A stretch of 64,000 bases of DNA from Tubulanus polymorphus (lineage: Eukaryota > Animalia > Nemertea). The notes beneath the pieces are model-generated. The model ran no database searches. It worked only from the letters and a program-made list of their open reading frames with translations, and had not been told where the DNA came from. The position numbers were made by a program, and so were the translations under genes. Positions 37,901-53,100 of the stretch are shown here, piece by piece (position 1 is the stretch's first letter; every line of letters begins with the position of its first letter). The stretch covers positions 17,843,807 to 17,907,806 of the forward strand of contig NC_134031.1 of assembly GCF_964204645.1 (NCBI RefSeq), in the 5' to 3' direction.

Positions 37901-40900
37901 TGAATAAGTTCAAAATTTTTAATAAGAAAAATTTGTGTGATGAAAATTTCTTTGATTGTTGATAAACCTTTGTATCTCAATTGGAAGGTTATTGAAAGAA
38001 AGTCTAGGGGGTAATTCACAGACTGCGATGTTAGCTACGATCAGCCCGGCTAATATCTGTATGGAGGAAACGCTGAGCACTTTACGTTACGCTAAACAAG
38101 CGCGTGCGATTGTTAATAACGCGAAGGTCAACGAGGACCCGAAGGCCAGACTCATCAGAGGTAAGGTGTCCGGGTTATGGAAAATATTCGCTCAGGCAAA
38201 GAGAATGAATTTTCAGTTGAAAATATTCCTTTAAGATCTTCTGAGAAGCGTTCTCTGATTAGTGTTGATGCGATTTTTTGTTTTAGAACTTCGAGCCGAG
38301 ATCGAGAAACTGCGCGGTCAAACTGGCGGTCTGTTGTCGACCGGAAACGAGTATCATTTGTCGTCGAGTCTCGCGGAAATCGCGTCTTTGAAAGATAAAC
38401 TTTTACAGAAGGAGAAAGAAATGATGGAAGCGACCCGGTAAGATTTAGTATCGCCTTCGATTATGCATCGTTGAATAGTTTAGACTTGTAAATTAAATAA
38501 TTCTTTATTTTCGAATAGAACTTGGCAAGAAAAATTGAAAGCTTCAGAAAAAAGAAGACTCGAAGAGGAGAAACTGTTAGAGGTATAAAAATAAAAATCT
38601 GAGTCGAGAACCCGAGTCTTATACGCTGGGAACCTACATGTTACATTGAAGGAATCGAGTGTAATGATTTATTGCTAATTTCGTTTCAGAAATCTGGAAT
38701 TGCTTTAAAGATCGACAATCGGCAGCCGTATCTGGTGAATTTGAACGAGGATCCTTTACTCTCCGAAACGCTGCTTTACATTTTGAAAGAAGGACAAACG
38801 AGAGTAGGACGTAGAACCACCGGTTCAGATCAAGAGGTTCAGTTACAGGGGGCGCTTATTGCTGAAGACCACTGGTATTTATTTCTTTTCTTTAAACAGC
38901 TCGTGTCTAGATGCAATTTTGTGTCCATGTTCAAACGTTTTTATCAATCGATCTACTTTAATAGCCTATTTGACACAGCCAGCGATGGTCATGTTTACAT
39001 CTCGCCCATTGAAGATGCTCCAACCTATGTGAATGGGGACGCAATAACTGAAAAAATTCCTTTGCATCATGTAAGTCAAAGCTAATATCTCAAAGGGCCC
39101 TATGATTCCTTGAACACTTCAAAATAGAAAATGTTTTTAAAATGGCTTTTTACTCAGGAGGAGTATTACAGTGAAAGTGATGCAGATGCTTCCTTTAAAT
39201 ATGAAGTTTTCACCGTTAAAACTCGTATAAAACTTATTCCAGGAATGACTGATCTGTAGGGACCCTGACTTATTAAATTGGAATGCTTAGAATTCTGAAT
39301 TGATGTCTGTATTCATGTTTTGATATTCAGGGCGATCGCGTTATTCTCGGCGGAGATCATTACTTTCGATTCAATCACCCGATTGAATCACAGAATAAAC
39401 ATACTACGTCGACAACTTCTCATCATCAACCGCGAGACTTCGATTACGCGAAAAGAGAGTTGATTAAAGCACAAAACGCCAGGTAATAGATACTGCTATA
39501 CCGCCGTATACAGGGTGGCCACTGACCTGGAAAACCAGCAAAACTCAGGGAATCTAGAAAAAAATCAGGGAAAAGTCAGGGAATTTTGACAAATCATTAC
39601 CAAAAACCTGGAAAACTCAGGGAGTTTATATGACCATGTGTTGTATGTGTAAAAAGATTGTAACATCTTAAACTTTGATATTTCTAAGATTTACTTACAG
39701 GGAATTTTGTGTAATCACATGGAGATATCAGGGAAATTTCAGGATATATGCAAATGGGCGGAAATTGGCCACCCTGATATATATGTATTGTATAGACACC
39801 CAGTTCTCTTGTTAGTAGACCAGTCTAGCAAAGCCTTTATTTGACTAATATTATTGTATTGAAAACAGGATTTAAAATGATTTATAACCTGTGAGATTAT
39901 TTCAGTTTGATTCATTGTTATCGCTAATAAGAAACTTGATTCCTGTGGGTAAATCGTTCCTTTGATGTCGTCGACTTTGAATAGGAACTCCTTTGAGCGT
40001 TTTAAAGACCTGTTTATTTGTTATTGTATTATCGATGATTAGGTGGAATGGCAAAATCCGTCGGGCAGTTAATCTGTAAAGTTTGAAGCGTTTAGTAGGC
40101 ATTATTATATTGAAGTTTGTCGTTCTGATATCCGTAGAATGCAGCTCGAAATCGAGAAAATGAAGGCAGAAATGGAGAAAAAACTGCTCGAATCGCAGCA
40201 AGAAGCGGAAGAAGAACTGACCGTACAGAGGCATACTTATGAGGAAAAAGTAGCGCAATTAAAGGAGATTATCGTGAGTTATTGTATTCGAACGGCTCTG
40301 TATTTGTAAATAAGACTGAGTCTATTGTATATTTTCACTCATCATAATTTTATGAAATTTCATTATAGAAAGAGCAGTCAGTTGAACGGGATCAAATGGA
40401 TAAACTTGAACAACAAAATCAGGTAGGTCTGACTTTTTGGAATGATCGACGATTTACTGTTTTCTCATCAAAGTTGGCATCGATGAATATAATTTTGCCA
40501 GAATTTATTTCATTATATTATAATATTTATTTCGTAGATGTTACAGCAACAGTTGATCGCGCTCGTAAACAAACGTAAACTAGAAGCAAAAGCATCATCT
40601 CAGGTTCGTCTCGGTCTATTTAGAAAATACTCGGAAATCTCTATCGATGTTGAATTGAAATATCTATGATATTTTCGTCGTTTCGTCGACAGATTGTTAC
40701 CGACGCGAAAGTGGAGCGTTCACGGATCATGGAACAGTTGGAGAAACAGAAACAAAAGATGGCGCTCGACGTTGAACGTTTGAAGCAGCAACGAGAAAAA
40801 TCGACGCCGGTGAAACAGAAACCGTTAACTCCTATCAGTAATCGCACTGATACATACAGGAATACACTACTTATACGAGAGGCGAACAAAATCAGTCAAT

Positions 40901-43900
40901 TCCTTAAAAAACATACGGTAAGTGTCTCTAAATCTCCTCTCAATGTCACCTGCTTAGTACAAGTGATATTCCAAGTTTATTTAGATATGTCAATTCTAAA
41001 CTATTCTTAAAAACTCCTTGGAAAATGGTTTTAGATGTGCTTGAAACTCCTTATATTTTAGCCTGTAAATTCTTTCAATTTTGAGAAATAGGCAATTAGA
41101 GATTTTGTCTAGTTTGTAGTTGTACCGTAAACTGTGCCCAAATCTGTACAGCTGGGACGAGGATTTTTAGATGTTTAGGTAGTGTATGGGAAAACATTTG
41201 CTTAAAACCACCGAATTAATGGTTTACCGAGATACACATATTGATTTAGGAGGAGTCAGAAAGTAATGAAGACACTTCCTTGAAATATTTTCCTTGAAAA
41301 CTCCTTATATCCAGGAATGACTAATCCATAGGAACCCAGTTTTAGGGTCAAATCATTTCGAATTGTCTATTCTTAACTCAATCGATACAGTTAGTTTGAA
41401 TAATCTCGGGATATCTATTGAATGAAGGTATTCGGTAGCGAGGACGTCGACACGCCCGAGAGCGGCTCGCAAATTCTCGTCAAAGTGACGAACGCGAAAC
41501 TGGGAATCAGCACGTTCTGGACGACGGATAAATTCGAGGATAAACTCGTTCAGATGCGCGAACTGTACAACGGCGACGGCGAGAGCAACGATAACGTATT
41601 CTACGATCCGAACGACACGTGGGAGAAAGAGAACCGTCTGAACGACGACGACGCCTCGCCGCAGAATACCGAAAGACGTCTGTCGTTGATTCGTAAAAGT
41701 CTGAGTCCGCGATCGCCGGCTCTACGGAGACGATCGTCCGATCGCCGTAAATGTAAGCATTCGTCGAATATGGTTTGATCTTCGGACAGGGTGCGCACTG
41801 ACCTCTCAGGAAACCAGGAAAATTTTTAAAAAGAATCGGGGCCTGGTTTTATAATCTGGTATTACCTTAAACCCGGGGTTAACTCAATTGAAAATTAATT
41901 AAGTTAGCCCCCAGGTTAAAGGTAATACTAGTCTATAAAACCGGCCCCAGGGGATTTGGATATTCTATTGACCACACGTTTTTACTATCCAATTTATGTA
42001 TACAAATGTATTCTTGTTTTTTTTTCAGCTTCGAAACCGGATCAAGACCAGCCGACTTCACTAGATTTGTGTCGTGAACTAATCGTGAATTCTATCTCTA
42101 ACATAAGAGGTCAGTCTCACTTCCGCGATATTCGCAAATGACAATTCATTTTAAAAAGCTAATAAATACGTATGCGTTTTCATTTGCAGTGACTGGATTA
42201 AAGGAGAGCATGGTCGACCATATTTTGAATTCGCTCCAGATGATGCAGTCCTCTATGCAGAATATTCTCGATGATAGGAAAACTAATTCGGGTTTGTAAC
42301 TTGGAAATCACCTGAGCGAAACGTGTTTAAACATCATTATTCTATAGCAATAACAAAAATGAATGACCTTTGTTTGTTTGTAGGTTCTATCGGTTCCAAG
42401 GTCACAGACGTCGTACAAGCGCAAAGCCTCGAATTGACCGTTACGTTACGGGAACTGGTTTCTATGACGACCGTCTGGGCTGCGTCTATAAGCGGCAAAT
42501 CATCGTTGATGAAATCGTACGTTCAACAGTTGTTAGAAACGGCGAAAAAACTCGGAAATCAGACGGTTTTATTCCTACAAGTAAGTAGCGTATGCTCAAA
42601 GGATCAATTTTCCTCTAGTCTAATCGGGAAATTATTTTGGAAAATTCATTTTACACCTCGCGTAGCTTAGATCTTGGATGTCAACTGCTTTCCCAAGGGT
42701 AACTTTTCTTGAAAAATAACTTTATCAACCGGTCACCACTAAAATGTTGATGTCCCTTGTAGTATGATGGTATGTTCACTTCTACAACGGGCCCAAATTC
42801 CATTTATGAAAATTGAAAAATCACCGATGAAATTACTTGAGGAAAGATTTTAAAATTTCGAATTCATTTGAACTCCTATTCTATATATATCTAGGGGTGT
42901 AATAGTGATATAAACAGTATGGTGAACGAATCGTCCAATCAGATGTGTGAATTGATAACAGCAATCGCTAAGCAATGCGGAGAGACGGCGCTAGCGTCCG
43001 ATACTCGGATAACCTGTTTAACGGATTCGAGAGAACTCGACAGTATAACTGATGATGACGATACTGATCTTACGACACAAGTGGTAATTAATTACGAAGA
43101 GATATTTTGAAGATTGATGATTCTCGATAATGTCAAAACATTGGAACTCTCAGTCTCTGAAATTGATTTCTTTGAACAGGGTGGCCACATACCTGGAAAT
43201 CAGGGAATTTTCTTTTCTCTAAAGAAATTTTGTAAAAAAGCTAAAAATCAGGGAAATATATTGAGGTGGCTATATTGTGCGTATAATTAAACAGTTTCTG
43301 TCTATGTCTTACATATTTGACTGTGTTGATTGATTGAATTCCTAGCAGATCAAATCAGGGAAAACAATGTGCATGTCAGGGAATAGTCGGTGAAAAAGCA
43401 AGTCAAATAAGAGTGGCCACCCTTTTGAATTGAACCAAACCTGATGTTCAACAGATTATTTGGTATTTAACTTACGTATGAAAATATATTCAGAATATTT
43501 TTAGGATATATATATATATTTGTTTTCAGCGTCTGACGTCCTCGCTGCGACAAGCCACGATCGGCGGTTGCGATTTGTTTTTAGACAAAACGTTACACGC
43601 CGGTCTGAAAACGATTGAAGAAGCGCTATTTCAGATACAATCCCTCGGCGACCGTGAGATCGCTGACCGGGATGTCGCCGAAGTCATTCACCGATCTGAG
43701 CTCCTCGTCGCCTCGACGAAAGTTCTCCTGGCGAAGTTACAAGAAATCCAAGTAAGAATCGTGTATCCAGGGGTGGACTTGGGGGCAATCTCGAGGGTTC
43801 GGATCCCTACCTTCCTATTCAGGTTGTTCCTTTCCTCTCAGGAAAAACATATTTAAGATCTGCAAATTTGAAATTCACCCTTTCAGAAATTGCATAACCT

Positions 43901-45556
43901 GATTTCTTTAAGAACATCTGAAACTGAGGGATGGATCTCGCTAGTAGCCTATGACATGGCTTTGACGTACCTGAAAAATACCTTTTCCTCTTTTTATTTT
44001 CAAATTACGATTGGTAAATATCGGTTCTTAACTAATGATCATTATTACAGGTGATAGTTCCTGTAAAGCAGTCCGTTGCTTGGGTAAAATTATGAATTTG
44101 CATGATGTTTTAGTTTCACAGTCAACTCTGCTTTATTCGGAGCTTATTTTACTCAAACAGGATGGCGCCACATTACCTGGAAATCAGGGAAAAGTCGGGG
44201 AAATTTTGAGTTCGTAAGATCATGCTTGAAATCAGTTTCCGTCTATGTCTTATGTATTTGACTGTTTCAATTGATGAATTCTTAGTAGATCAAGTCAGGG
44301 AAACAATGTCCATGTCAGAGAATAGTCCCGGATAAAACCAAGTCAAATAAGTTGAAACCATAAATAAATGTTTGATTTCACTCATACAGATGACTCATAT
44401 TTCGTTTTGTCTGCAATGAATTTTAGGTACATTTTCTTCAGTAACATAGTTGTATATACCGTGTACATGACTTGTATTTCATCCATATAGAAATTGCCGG
44501 GTCCACAAAGATACGAATTAAGCAGAGTTGACTGTATTTGTTTAACGTTATGCTTTGCTTGCGAATTTGGTTACATTTTGCAGTAAAGGTTTTAATAGGC
44601 TTGTATTCTGTTTGACCCGAGTCCTACTGATTCAATAACCCGATCTCATATTCTTCTGTTTGTGTTTAAGATTGAACTGGATACGTCGATGACCGAGACG
44701 AACAGACCGGATAATTACTGGGATTCGAGTTATAAACGATGTCAGACGCTCATCATTAATGTCAGTAGCCTCACGGATCATGTAGCCATCATACAACAAC
44801 TCATTCATACTTTCTTAACCTGTAAGTCTGATAATACTTTCTTAACATAAACAGATCATCTCTTTTGTGGGATCGCATCCTCCCCTGGCAGGGATTCGTA
44901 CCTTATGACCACTGTACAAAACCCTGCCATACTAGCCCGAGTTCGCAGCTACATGCATAGTTTAGATTATGTCATTATCAGCCAATCAGAAAATCCAGTT
45001 TTATTTTGGCCCGGGGTTTTCCATTTATAGTTTATGAAATTTTGTCTCGGCGATTAAACAACGGGTAGTCTCGTGTCTGATCGGATTCTTAGCAGATCAA
45101 GTCTGGGAAAGCGATGCACATGTCGGGGGGGAAAAAGCAAATCAAATGAAAGTAGCCTCCCTGAAATTTTATTGTGAGCTTTGATATTTTTTTTCAGCTG
45201 AAGAGAAAGACGCGCGCCGTCTGTTACGCAGCGTCGAATCGGTAAAAACAGCGACGGAAAAACTCCAAGCGACGTCGAACGTCGATTTACGAACGGACGA
45301 CGATGCGGAGTCGTCTGCTGCCAATACGACGGATACGTCGATTCTATCGGACGCTCAGAACGAACTCTTAGATATGGTCGCTAACGACGTGCGCAGTTCC
45401 GGCGACAGTCTCGGCGCGTTTTTGACGAACTTGATCGAAACGAACGCTCGATTTACGAGTCCGAGTAAACTACGTCAACCGAACTCGACGATGAAATCTT
45501 CGAATAATCCTTGTTCGAGCAATCAGAGGCGTAAAAAAACCGTTCGTCCTCATTAA
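34991..45556 (+). CDS. KIF14: Kinesin-3 motor KIF14, ~1503 aa, 23 coding exons: 34991-36130, 36225-36308, 36712-36819, 36941-37057, 37454-37578, 37988-38160, 38287-38437, 38519-38582, 38690-38874, 38965-39070, 39331-39482, 40138-40273, 40369-40422, 40538-40603, 40693-40917, 41428-41752, 42029-42109, 42190-42291, 42384-42580, 42895-43083, 43530-43751, 44671-44821, 45198-45556
   Basis: A ~210-aa low-complexity N-terminal extension is followed by [11 protein letters not shown]-loop [40 protein letters not shown], an FHA domain ([12 protein letters not shown]...YFRFNHP) and IREANKIS. All phases are consistent. Confidence 0.9.
37773..37903. repeat. Two-copy ~65-bp tandem duplication in a KIF14 intron
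   Basis: cgagtacacaa.ttcagatatatctgacata...tagaattgcatgcattaaaaatgaa occurs twice. Confidence 0.85.
41839..41950. mobile_element. Short palindromic MITE-like element
   Basis: gggcctggttttata...ggtattacctt / aaggtaatact...tataaaaccggcccc symmetry. Confidence 0.6.
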
Positions 45557-45676
45557 TCGTTCGAACTCAACACGACAAGTTTCAAAGAATTTATTTACTG
45601 GCTGCATAGTTATCGACGTTACAATTCATGCTGACTGATTGATACCTGATAGTGCTGGAGACGATTTTGAAATCTT

Positions 45677-45893
45677 AGTGTGTTGAATAATGGGCATGTT
45701 GTTATAGTGCGTCTTCACCGTGGCGTTAATGTATCTTTGTTACTGTATTTTTTACTTTGTTTGACAGGTGCCGCCATCTTTCAACAGAGATAAAAGTTAA
45801 TTCCTAATAGAATCGATACACCGCGATGCGGTGTACTAGTAAAGTCCATCACTGATTTATACACCGCAGTGTGGTGTAGACGCACTGAAAGGG
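45677..45893 (-). mobile_element. Non-autonomous piggyBac-like element, copy 4, downstream of the KIF14 stop
   Basis: Ends CGCACTGAAAGGG. The body is closely similar to copy 3. Confidence 0.7.
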
Positions 45894-47184
45894 TTACGAA
45901 GTACAATAATACAATTTATCGGATGGCTAGATGAATGTCTAGATAATTGTGAGGAAAATCCTAACAATGTGAGAATTTCTCCAGCTTCACTCAAATTTTC
46001 TAATACCTCAGCGTATTGTGATAATGGCAACTCCGTTGTATGTCTTTTTTGAAGATTAATAAAAACTACAATCAAACTCACTTAAGTCGTCCTTGTTGGG
46101 ACTACGTTATCTTGACATTTTATCGAGAAAAAAAAGACCTACACTTGTAAATTGATTAAATAATACATTGTACAAATTGGGACTCAAAAATACAGACGAC
46201 TTGAGTTATGTAATGTGATGCCTTATACAATAACTTAAGTTGTGTTTGACTCATGATGATTCAAAAATGCTACTATCTGCCAAAAATAAGCAATTAACGG
46301 ATAATAATTTTTATTATTCTCAACTTGTAATTATTATATGCATGTATTGTAATGTAATTTTTGTTTATACGCGAAATGTGGATAAATATTTATATTCTTT
46401 GTATCGTAAACATCGCATCTATTTATTGTTTACTGGTTCTTGAAGGTTTGGAATTCGATCAGTTTGCTGTGTACATGTATCAGGATCTGAGAATCGCTGG
46501 GTTTATGGCAGTTGACGACTAGCATCTGGATCGCTTCACTGTTCCTCCTCGGGAAATCGGTGGATTCCAAACTCTGGAATTGCTGAATCGTGTACCTCGG
46601 AAATCTGTAGATAGTATGGCTATAATACCATTGGATACTAAGTCTGTCTGTTCCCACATATGGTTTGTAACAAACTACTGCGTTAGAAGAATATTGAGTT
46701 ATATTATTTAATTGTATGAAAACCTAATCTAATTCAATTTCAAAAATCTACAGTAGCGAGTTTGGGTAAAAACCATAGAAGCAAAAATTCCTAAAGACTA
46801 GATTTTATGAATTTCTGATTGAAGCGATAACAATGAAAACCTTTTTTCTAATGAGGAATTACAGTTTATTAACACGAAACTTTAAGGTGACTTTTAGGTT
46901 TCGAAATTTTTCTATTCAAAATAATTACATATCTTATTGTAATGAAGAATTTTCTATCTACATACATGTATATACGGTGGCTGGTAAGGGCTACGTGCAT
47001 TATCTTTAATACAAACTCGATTATAGAAAAAAGCAAAAACGAAACTTTACAAGCAAAAAACTTTGAACTGGCAGAAACCACGTGAAATAGAAGAAGAAAA
47101 TGAAGCTGTTTCATCCATGCAGCAAGTGTCACAGAAAACGGAAGAAAAAATCAGTCACGTTTTAGACTAACATCGCCTGCGTTG

Positions 47185-50100
47185 TTAGAATTTAGATATG
47201 TTTGTTCTTTGGTGCTGATCAACCGCGGCGGCTTTCTTCTTTCTTTTTCGACTGACTATCAGCGCCGAAAATGTGAACAAGATCGGATTTAAAGCCGAGT
47301 TTATCGGCAAAACGATTATAGCCATAAAAGCCGCTACATCGGGTAATACATAAACGCCGCTCATCGATACGAATTTCGTCAAAATGATCGGAACCCAACA
47401 AAAGAAATCGGTGCCTAAAATCAGCACGAGTTTCTTAACGAGAGTCATTTCGTTCGATTTCGACGCTGCGTCGCACGAATTCCCGACCGATTTCGACGAT
47501 TTTTTGTATATGCAGTAAATGATGGCGTACGACGTTCCTATGAACAGAAACGAAAGCAGATTGAAAATCAACAATAGCAGAGAGAATTCCATGGCTACCT
47601 CGGCGCCGTGGGTGATCGTGAACGGCAGGCAAACGCTGTTGCGACCGTAGTAATTGCGGAAATAGCCGATGTAATCATCGAAAACAGGCAGAACCGCCAG
47701 TAAAAACCAGAATATCCAACCGAAGATGACCGCGAGTATAGAGCCTTTGTAAGAGATATGGAGGTTTTTGTGAAATGGAAAAGCTATGCACAGAACTCGA
47801 TCCACGGTCAACAGCACCATGGTGTATACAGACATCTGACTGGACAGTAATGACACCGCCCCTGTTAGCTTACAAACCAAACTCGATCTCCATCCCACCG
47901 ACTCGTTTATGTAGTCCCCGCGTGTTAGGGTGTCTTTGACGGCGATGACCATCAGATAAACACCCATTAATATGTCAGAAATGGCCAGTATCAAAACTAG
48001 AAGATTAGTGATGCTAGTATTTCTTCTTTTGCTATCGTCTCTACACCTGCAGACGATAACGAGGGCGTTTCCGACTAGAGCGCTGATACCTAGAACCCAA
48101 ACGGCGACCTGTAAAAATCTCGAATCGAGAAGATTTTTACAGGACGAAAATCCGTCGCCTTGTTGAGTACACCAATCCGAATTATCGATCGCAAAGCAGC
48201 AGATATTGAAATAATCAGCGTAAAGCTCATCGAGAGAAACGTCCTTGAACGCCCCTTTACTGATTAAGAACTTGGGACCTGATTTCAGCCGCAGGTCAAG
48301 AATTTTTAAATTCGACAACCTTTCGAACGGACGTTTTGGTTGAATTTGCTGGAGACGTTTGTTGTCGCTGATATTGAGGTATATTAAACTAGTCAGGTCG
48401 TAGAACGCTCTATGCTGAATGTCAGATATCTGATTATCCGATAGATGAAGGTATCTTAATCGCCGTAGTCCTGCAAAGTAATGAGAACGCACGTATCGTA
48501 ACACATTTCTACTTAAATCCAAATCGAAAAGGTTAATCAACTCTACAAATGAACCCTCGGGAATATCGCTGATACTGTTGATACTTAGATCTAGCCTGCC
48601 TAATTTATCCATTTTACTAAACGTATTTATTTTTATTGTGGTGATGTTGTTCTTTTTAAGAATGAGACCTCGGGCGCGTCTGGTTACGTTGGTTAAGATA
48701 ATGTGGTCGGCTCCGGTGCAGTCGACAATGTGCCCTCGGCAAAAACACGGAGGCGTACAATGATCACAGTACTGTTCGTCATCGCCCGAACGACCGCAGT
48801 CGCGTACACCATCGCATACACGCTCTTGAGTGACACATACTCCCTCGTGAGGACACATGAACAGCCCTGGACACAGCGGCAGCGGTTCGCAGTCGAGCTC
48901 ATCCTCCCCGTCCATACAGTCCCACTTACCATCGCAGACGACATAATAAGGAATACAAAACGAGTTCGGACATTTGAACAAACCCGGACAAGTGAATTCT
49001 TTACAGTTTTTCAAATGGAACAGTTTCGGGCAGCCAGGGTCTCTTTTGTCATATATACATATTCGATCCCGTGGTATACAATTCGACCGGTCCGGCTGGC
49101 ATCTGACTTCGTTTGCATTCGGACAAAAAGTGGCGTTGTTCCACGTTTCGTCGTCTCCATAAATCGGGCAATCGAAAAGTCCGTCGCTGACTTTTTCGGA
49201 GGCGATGCACCGGCCCGATTGACATCGGAATCCGGGGCAATTCTCCGCGCAGGCGTTATCGCTTTCGTCGCTGCGATCGATACAATCGAAAACAGAATCG
49301 CAAACTCGATCTAACGCTATGCAATCACGATTTTTGCATTTCCATTCGTTTTTTGAGTCGCAATCGCGAAACGTACAGCTCTGGTCACCGTAGCCGCAAT
49401 ATCGATTCAATGAGGCGACGCGAACCTTGTTTTCGTCGATGAATGAATATTTTTTCCATTTTTCGCAGTCGATCTCGTCTGATCCGTCGCGACAATTGCG
49501 TTCACCGTCGCACACGTAAGAATCAGGAATGCACGTTCTATCCCTGCACGTAAACTGATTCATTCCGCATTTTGAACTCTTATACATCACGTCAGTGCGA
49601 CACAAGACGTGATAAGCTGGTAACGTCTTAGAAAGCCAGCGGAATCTCGTCGATTTTGTAGGATTATCGACATGTAACACCAGTCTATCTTCAAAGTTTC
49701 GTCGATGTGTAGGTATAGTCACCAAATCAAACCTAAAATTATCAGTGTATGATATCAATTTCCATTTGTCGCCTGGTGGTAGATAGAGCCATAAGTTCAT
49801 CAGTGAGGTTACGCTATCTGGCCATTTTCCTAGGAATGCTATTCTACCACCGATTGCTCTGCATTTTGATGACAATTGCGCGGAACTCAAATATGATCGA
49901 CTCGTAACAAGTCTCGCGCATGTTCCATTACGAGGTATGGTTTTATTGATATCGGTGCCTGGTGGAATACAATCAGTGTCCGGACGAACGAACGTCCATC
50001 CCGGTCTACAACCAGTGAAGTTACCCTCGAGACGTTTAAGCGGGCGCGGTTTTGAATAACTGTAAGAAGCGCTAGTTTTGCAGACGTAGCTGACATTCTT

Positions 50101-53100
50101 CATCCAGTCAGAGCACGGTACTTTGAACCAGTTCGTCCGCGAATACAGTCTCGAAACGGCCATTGCGACGCATCTAGCGCTGTAGGAACCATCGGGCTGG
50201 TCGACGGTCGAGTTGATAAAGTCTGGCTTATTTTCACCGAAGCTGACATGGTTCACCGATGGCTTGGCCTCGTACCATTCGTTAAAAACGTAAGGGCGAC
50301 CGTCCAACCATTGGAAATCATTGATCTATGTAAATGGAAATTTGATTAAATTGATAAAAGTATCAGCATAGTCTGGGCTAGAAATGTTGATAGCAACATT
50401 AGGGCTTATTTTCATTACACTAGTCCATCGCACACGACCTGGAAAACAGGGTAAATATACTAACACAGAAACAAGGAGACAATGTTTAATCTCAGAAACT
50501 ACAGCCGCGATCACACTAGATGATTATGCCGGGCCAAACTGGCACGGATCGGGCCGGCGTCATATTTGGCCCGTGCCTATATTCAAAGAGTGTGCACACT
50601 CATAAACCACTCACTCGATACTAAATAATGCTTTAATAAAGCAAAAGTGAGTCACTTATGGAACCAGATGTAATTCACGCGCAATAGTTTGACATGTGAT
50701 GAAATACGGCTCGGGCCAGGTCCGACTCCGACGTTTCGGGTCGGGGTAAACGAGCACCGGTCCATTTGGCACCCGTGTGAACAAAAATACTCGCATGATA
50801 GTGGCTTATGTTTCTCGTAAAAAGTTCAGTAAAGGGCAACGCTCGGAAACATGATTCTGTTTCCTGTTTCCGTGTGTCCCTGCGTCGATCTTGGACACTG
50901 GGTTTAATTCTGCAAGGTTTCTTTTATCTCCATCGTGTAAGATTTCTAATTTTTGAAATTCTTATTCATGTTGTTACCTGATATTTATCGTGTAATCCTA
51001 TAAACACGATAGGACTTCGTTTAGTGAAACCGTATTCAGGTCTACCGAACGTTTTCCACATTTCTGGCCACCAAAACGAGCGCCACATTTTCATCAAATA
51101 ATGCATCTCATTACCGTCCATAATGCTGACTAACGTCGCTTCTGCGTCCTGGCATTTCTGAGCCGCTACATCCCAAGTCATTGACTGATGGAACGTGTTC
51201 ATGGCCGACTAAAAAATAATTTCACGAATCCGATTGTTAAGCTAAAATGTTAGCCAATGACTCATCGAAATCAGTTTATACCAACGAATGCAATGATGTA
51301 CTTGTAGATCATCTGCAAGTTTAGCAGACGTACATGTTGAAATAATAATGGGATGGCATGAGCCCCAGGATTTTTATTTTTTGGGAATTTGTTTCTAGGA
51401 ATAGAGTCAAACCCCAGAACATTTTTGAAAATTTCGTGCAAGCAGGCGCGTTCTGGTGCAATCTGAGGCCGATAGGTAGACTGGTTACCGTTTACTTTGC
51501 ATGTATCGATTTTATTTTGCTAATTTAGCAAATGCAAACCATGAACCGACGTTCGTCGACGTTTGAAAATTCAAGAAATGGGGTTCGAACAAACTACCGA
51601 ACCCCCCTAGGGACGCCCTTCATGGGCACATTATTGTCAATTGAGTCAGCTCTCGGGTTATAGCTGGTCGTAAAAACTGATCCAGCTATCTTCCTATAGC
51701 ACTGTTGAATTTCCTGGCTTTTTATTGATCTGCTATATTCAATTTAGGAGCGAACTTACCACATATAGATAACACGAACTTCTCCAGTAGAAAAACCCCG
51801 ATGGACATACTGTCGAATTGGCGACTTGCGTCAATGGTTTTCTTTCGTTTGTGATTATTTTGTATTTGAATTGCAGACCGGTATTATTGGATTCGATTTG
51901 AAATCCGGCTCGAGTCGTTCGAATAACGAGTTCTTGTTGCTCTTGGTATCGTCGTACGTAATCGTTGTTTATGACCTTGGAAAGCGGAAACGATTCGCTA
52001 ATCCAGCACAGGTGATCGGTAAATACCGTTTGATTCCAATCGAAGTCCCATGAAACAGCTATTTCGTAAAAGTCCATCGTTGCGGGGACTTCCGAACACC
52101 GCGATAGCGGTCGGTATTCTATTCTATACCAGATAGCTGAAGATGCAAACCAACCGGGTCGGAAATACTGTATGCTTGTGTGTTCATGAATATCGTTCGG
52201 GAGTCCGCATTCAGATGATTGTAAATTGATTGTATGATTCGTCTGGACCAGATCGTCACACTTTTTGAGGTCGACAATTAATGCTGGGCGATCGTGGGAT
52301 TCTTTGCAATAAATGCGCCTTAATTCCAAAAGATACTGACTACCGTACAACAATTTATCCAACTCCTTGATTACGAGTCTATACGCACAACGGGGATTTT
52401 TACGTAGTATTTGCGTGAAATATATCTGTTCTATGTCACCGACATTTATGGTAGTATTTCCTGGTTCAAGGATGAGCAGAGATCTGTTACCAAAAGGTAA
52501 CAGAATCGTCTTCGTATTCGAGTACGTTGGTCTTATAACCCAACCTCTAAATGCCGATACGTTAACGCGGTCGATTAGTTCACTTGCGTTCGGTTTATTT
52601 TTCTCGTCCAGGTAGAACCAGATCATGTTTACACAATCTGACGTTACGGAAACATTCGGGGAGTTTCTCATCCCGATTTGGCCGAAAAACCGATAGAGAT
52701 AATCCGATTTGAAATAGCACGGCTCCAAGACGAATCCGTCGTTTTGGAAATTTCTATCCGCGTGTTCGTATGATAGTTTGAGAAGATTTCCCTCTTTACG
52801 GGGTGAATATTTCATCATTGTGTAAAATGGCGTGGATTCTATTGTCAGGTGATAAACCGATGAAAGCTGAAAGTGCGCATCACCGCTGATTTCTGAACAC
52901 ATATAAGATAAAGAGAATTGTCCGTATTTTGTTGAGTTGTCAGGCGTCAAGGTTAGCGTTATTAAATGGTAAAATCGATCGGATTTCGTTGTTATATTAG
53001 TGGTCGATACCGAAACAACTCGCCCGATCGGACACAATATCAAAAATGCGTAAGTGACGAAGCCAAACGGGAGTCGAGAATTCTCCAATGAATATGTATT

